DNA of 20,479 nucleotides from Deferrisomatales bacterium (GTDB lineage Bacteria; Desulfobacterota; Deferrisomatia; Deferrisomatales; JACRMM01): the NCBI GenBank assembly GCA_033551855.1, contig JAWSUI010000061.1, positions 1 to 20,479 on the forward strand, written 5' to 3'. The notes beneath the pieces are model-generated. The model did not search any database. It was not told the origin of the DNA and saw only the letters and a program-made list of their open reading frames with translations. Numbering within the stretch: position 1 is the stretch's first letter; each line of letters starts with the position of its first letter. Both the position numbers and the translations under genes were made by a program. This document shows, one piece after another, positions 17,285-20,479 of this stretch.

Positions 17285-18496
17285 TCACTGGGGGAAGTCC
17301 ACGCCGTCGAGGTCTCCCAGGATCTCGAGATGGGTGATGGCCCCCTGGGGGTAGTTGCCCCCGGCCGCCGTCTGGGACTGCTCCATGTGGCAGTGCATCG
17401 GGTACTCGAGGGGGGACTGGGGCACGTCGCCGAGCACGAGGTCGAGCTCCTGCGCGAGGAGCACCCGCAGGGGCGTCGCGGGGTCACCCGGGATGTCCGG
17501 GGGCCGGTTGAAGGGCACCAGCCAGTCGACCCGGTCCTCGGGGAAGATGTGGTAGGTGTCGATGAAGTACACGTTGTCCCGGACCTGTCCGTTCACCGCC
17601 GTCACGTAGAAGTGGTTGGCGTGGAGGTGGTCCGAGTGGGTGAAGAGGCCCGCGTTGAGGATCCGGACGAGCATCGGCTGACCGATCCGCCCCTCGAGGA
17701 GGGTGTCGTGGTCGTGGGAGGCGAAGACCCCGGACTTGCCGTTGATGGTGAAGTAGCGGGGCAGGAACTCGTTCTGCATCACGAGGGGGGCGATGACCGT
17801 CCCGCTCTCCGCCAGCTCGTGGAAGCGCGGGTCGATCTGGTGGTGGAGCCAGATCCGGGTCCGCTCGCGCTGCCATCCCGCCGAGCTGAGGGCGTGTTTC
17901 GGGAAGTGGTCTGTAGTACCCAGGTCGTCGAAGAGCCGCTGCACGGCCTGCGTGGGCTGGCTGTAGGGGGTGTTGAGGCCTTCCGCCGGCAGCGCCACAA
18001 GCGCCCCGTGAAGCCCCAGCACCCGGTTCACCGGGGCGTTGAGGGGGTCGATGTACAGGTAGGTGCCGGCCGCGGGCACGGTGAACTCCACGGCGGCCGT
18101 CTCGCCCGGCGGGATGGGGGGGCTCTCGACCACGCCGGGGACGGCGAAGGCGTGTGCTTCGTCCAGGTGATTGGTGACGAGGATCCGCAGGGCGTCCCCC
18201 TCGGTTGCCTGGAGGACCGGGCCCGGAAATCGGGGGCCGGTCTGGGGGCTCTCGAAGGCCCACACGTACACCGTGCGGCCGTCCACCATTTCCGCCAGCG
18301 CCGCGGTGATGCCGAGTTCAATCTCGGTCACCACCCCGTTTCCATTTCCGTTGCCGTTGCCGTTCCCGTCGCCGTTCTCGTCGCCGTTGCCGTCCCCGTC
18401 ACCGGCTGCGGTGCGGCTCCCGCCGCTGCTGCCGCAGCCGACCACGATGAAGGCCACACCCGTCCCCGCGACCTTCAGGAACTCCCGTCTTCTCAT
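17285..18496 (-). CDS. Multicopper oxidase-like protein A, Tat-exported lipoprotein (403 aa)
   Basis: MRRREFLK...IVVGC. FPGPVL..EGD. HSDHLHANHF and YPMHCHME in the C-terminal domain. Confidence 0.88.
   Translation of the reverse strand: MRRREFLKVAGTGVAFIVVGCGSSGGSRTAAGDGDGNGDENGDGNGNGNGNGNGVVTEIELGITAALAEMVDGRTVYVWAFESPQTGPRFPGPVLQATEGDALRILVTNHLDEAHAFAVPGVVESPPIPPGETAAVEFTVPAAGTYLYIDPLNAPVNRVLGLHGALVALPAEGLNTPYSQPTQAVQRLFDDLGTTDHFPKHALSSAGWQRERTRIWLHHQIDPRFHELAESGTVIAPLVMQNEFLPRYFTINGKSGVFASHDHDTLLEGRIGQPMLVRILNAGLFTHSDHLHANHFYVTAVNGQVRDNVYFIDTYHIFPEDRVDWLVPFNRPPDIPGDPATPLRVLLAQELDLVLGDVPQSPLEYPMHCHMEQSQTAAGGNYPQGAITHLEILGDLDGVDFPQ
18335..18403 (-). repeat. Coding Gly-Asn/Asp hexanucleotide repeat linker
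   Basis: GDGDGNGDENGDGNGNGNGNGNG after the lipidated Cys. Confidence 0.8.
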
Positions 18497-18644
18497 GCCT
18501 CTCCTTCCTTTCCCCCCGCTCGGAGCAGGGCCTGGGGGGTGATGGGGTACGAGCCGGGATGGGCGGGTGTGTTCCCGACGGTCCCAGACGGCGCTCGGCC
18601 GGATCCGGGGGGCCCGTCGGCGCGGCCCCCGCCGCAGACACAAC

Positions 18645-18705
18645 CCCCCATCGGTGGGTACTTAACCAAGTCCGGGGGGATTCCGGAATGGGGAAAACTA
18701 CCCAT
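18645..18705. promoter_or_regulatory. Clustered palindromic operator-like sites upstream of the oxidase pair
   Basis: TACCCAC-CG-ATGGGGG (minus strand, 18645-18660), ATTCCGGAAT (18680-18689) and ATGGG-N8-CCCAT (18688-18705), in a locally AT-richer patch. Confidence 0.4.
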
Positions 18706-19130
18706 TTTGCGGGGGCCCCGCACTTTCGAGGGGGGGCGATCGTTTCCCGTCCGAGGGACGGGGTGGCAGGAGGGCAGGGGTTCCGCCGCGCTCTTGTCGT
18801 GCACCGACGCAGGGTGCACCCTCCCGGCCCCGGGCCGGGTGACGCTCGGACGGGCTCCGGCCGGCCCGCCGCCACGGGCGGGAGGCGGAGAAGACCAGGT
18901 GGTTGCTCCGGAAGAAGCGGTACTGCTTCTCCCTTTGCGCCACGGGCACCGCACCGGACCTGGACGGGCGGGCTTCGACGGGCTGGTGCTCCGGCACGAA
19001 GAGGTGCCACGGGAACTCCGACTCCAGGTCTCGAGGCGGGTGAGAAAGGGGAAGGCGGCCGGGAGGAGGGGCCGGGAGCCGAGCAGGGCCCGGCGGAGGG
19101 ACAGGGCCGTCGGCTCGCCGCGGAGTCTGC

Positions 19131-20426
19131 CTACAGTGCGTCGAGAGCCCCGGTTTCCCGGATGAACAGGAGGCCGTCGTAGCGCTTGGGGATGACGCTC
19201 GGCACGTAGTTGCGCCGCGGATGCCCGCCGGGGGCGCGCACGACGCCGATGGCCCGGTGGTCCGCCGGTCGCAGCAAGCGCGGGTCGGCGCGCGCCGGGG
19301 CCAGGGGCACGAAGTAGGCGTCGTGGGGGGCACCGTCCCGGAGGTAGGCGTCCATCGTGCCGTCCAGGGCGGTTTCCAGCGCCAGGACGGCCCCCCCCGG
19401 TTCGCCCCACCAGCGCCCCGCGCGGAAGCTGCCGCGGTCGGCGGCCAGCCCCAGCAGGAAGACCTGTGCGTCGCCCAGCGCCTCGCGGGCCCGCTGCCCG
19501 ACGGTGATCAGGCCCGCGTGCCCCATGGGCGTGAACCGCGCGTCCCCGATGTGGGTGTTGTGCGCCCACACGATGCCTCGGGCGGCAGGCCCGTAGTAGT
19601 CCAGCAGCCGCTCGACCGTCTGCAGGAAGTTCTCCGCCCGGGGGTTCCAGGAGCGGGGATGGCGCTGAGCGGTCTTCGTCAGGTGCTGTTTGGCCCGGGT
19701 GATCAGCGCCGCCTTCTGCACGGCCTGCAACCACGAGTCGGCGTCCGCGGCGCGCAGCGTCCGGGCCTCTCCTTCGAGTCGCTCCGAGATGCGCCCCAGC
19801 TTGTCGGCCCCGGTCGGCTGTCCGCGCAGCACCGCTCGGTGGAACGCTTCGTTGTCTCCCTGGAGGCGCAGCAACGGAGCCAGCCCTTCCGACGCCCGGG
19901 CGCCCCAGCCGGGCTCGAGCGCCTCGAGAGTGTCCGGCAGCCGCGCGGCGGACTCGCCCCACCCGTAGACGTCCATGCCGTGGATGCCCGCCCGCTCCCC
20001 CGGCGGACGCGCGGAGTTCCAGGCGCGCAGCCATTCGGCCAGCTCTTCGATGACCGGGTTGGCCCACATCCACTGGGCCCAGCGGTCGAAGGTCGCCAGC
20101 ACCTCGCGGGCCGAGCCGTGCTCGGTGTCGAGCAGGCGCACGTAGCGGTCGAGGCGGGCCAGGGCGCTCCAGTCGCCCTCGACGGCGATGAAGCGGAAAC
20201 CCCCGTCGGCGATCAGGGCCTTCGACAACTCCGCCCGCCACACGTAGTGCTCGCGGGTGCCGTGGGTGGTCTCGCCCATCAGCACGAGCCGGTGCGGCCT
20301 CAACGCGTCGAGGACCGGTTGCGTGGCGTGCGGCAGCGACACCGCGGTCGCGTGCCGGGCGAGGTACCGGAGCCACGGCTCCGCGGCGTCGGCGAGGGCC
20401 CGGTCCGGGAGCAGGAGCGACAGCAC
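19131..20426 (-). CDS. Erythromycin esterase family protein (start uncertain)
   Basis: LMGETTHGTREHY, GFRFIAVEGDW, WMWAN, GMDVY, IVWAHNTHIGDAR, HRAIGV, RYDGLLFI. Confidence 0.9.
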   Translation of the reverse strand: MLSLLLPDRALADAAEPWLRYLARHATAVSLPHATQPVLDALRPHRLVLMGETTHGTREHYVWRAELSKALIADGGFRFIAVEGDWSALARLDRYVRLLDTEHGSAREVLATFDRWAQWMWANPVIEELAEWLRAWNSARPPGERAGIHGMDVYGWGESAARLPDTLEALEPGWGARASEGLAPLLRLQGDNEAFHRAVLRGQPTGADKLGRISERLEGEARTLRAADADSWLQAVQKAALITRAKQHLTKTAQRHPRSWNPRAENFLQTVERLLDYYGPAARGIVWAHNTHIGDARFTPMGHAGLITVGQRAREALGDAQVFLLGLAADRGSFRAGRWWGEPGGAVLALETALDGTMDAYLRDGAPHDAYFVPLAPARADPRLLRPADHRAIGVVRAPGGHPRRNYVPSVIPKRYDGLLFIRETGALDAL

Positions 20427-20479
20427 TCACTTTCCGCAGGGTGGATTGCGCCCGTGGCGGAATTTCCTGGGGCGACTCA

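Noticed and set aside
17227..17487. Extension of oxidase B suggesting an A-B fusion or frameshift
   Set aside because: A has its own stop at 17285, and B has a strong RBS and ATG at 17226.
1..20479. CRISPR array, rRNA, tRNA, intact integrase
   Set aside because: No regularly spaced repeats, RNA gene signatures or recombinase motifs seen.

Overview
Very GC-rich bacterial window (deltaproteobacterium-like gene content, by inference). It opens with the 3' part of recB and a complete recD. A layered debris island follows (3.6-5.0 kb): a transposase tail, a shattered AlbA_2/HATPase_c_4/HTH gene, an antitoxin with a vapC frameshifted by an 8-bp duplication, and a 76-bp multi-hairpin insertion flanked by a 5-bp direct repeat. 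Next come a lipoprotein, an EXLDI-like/SprT-like gene pair, a secreted peroxiredoxin with an in-frame UGA at the catalytic position (selenoprotein), a small HTH gene and a truncated PfpI gene. Then there is an operon of three lipoprotein hydrolases (PHP-ceramidase-like fusion, ceramidase-like, alpha/beta hydrolase), an enoyl-CoA hydratase, a decayed second peroxiredoxin copy, two adjacent multicopper-oxidase genes and an erythromycin-esterase-family gene. The best candidates for undescribed biology are (1) the oxidase pair, whose copper-ligand sets are complementary and only one of which has a Tat signal, (2) the lipoprotein hydrolase operon and (3) the small hairpin insertion element. All family calls come from motif recognition; no searches were run.
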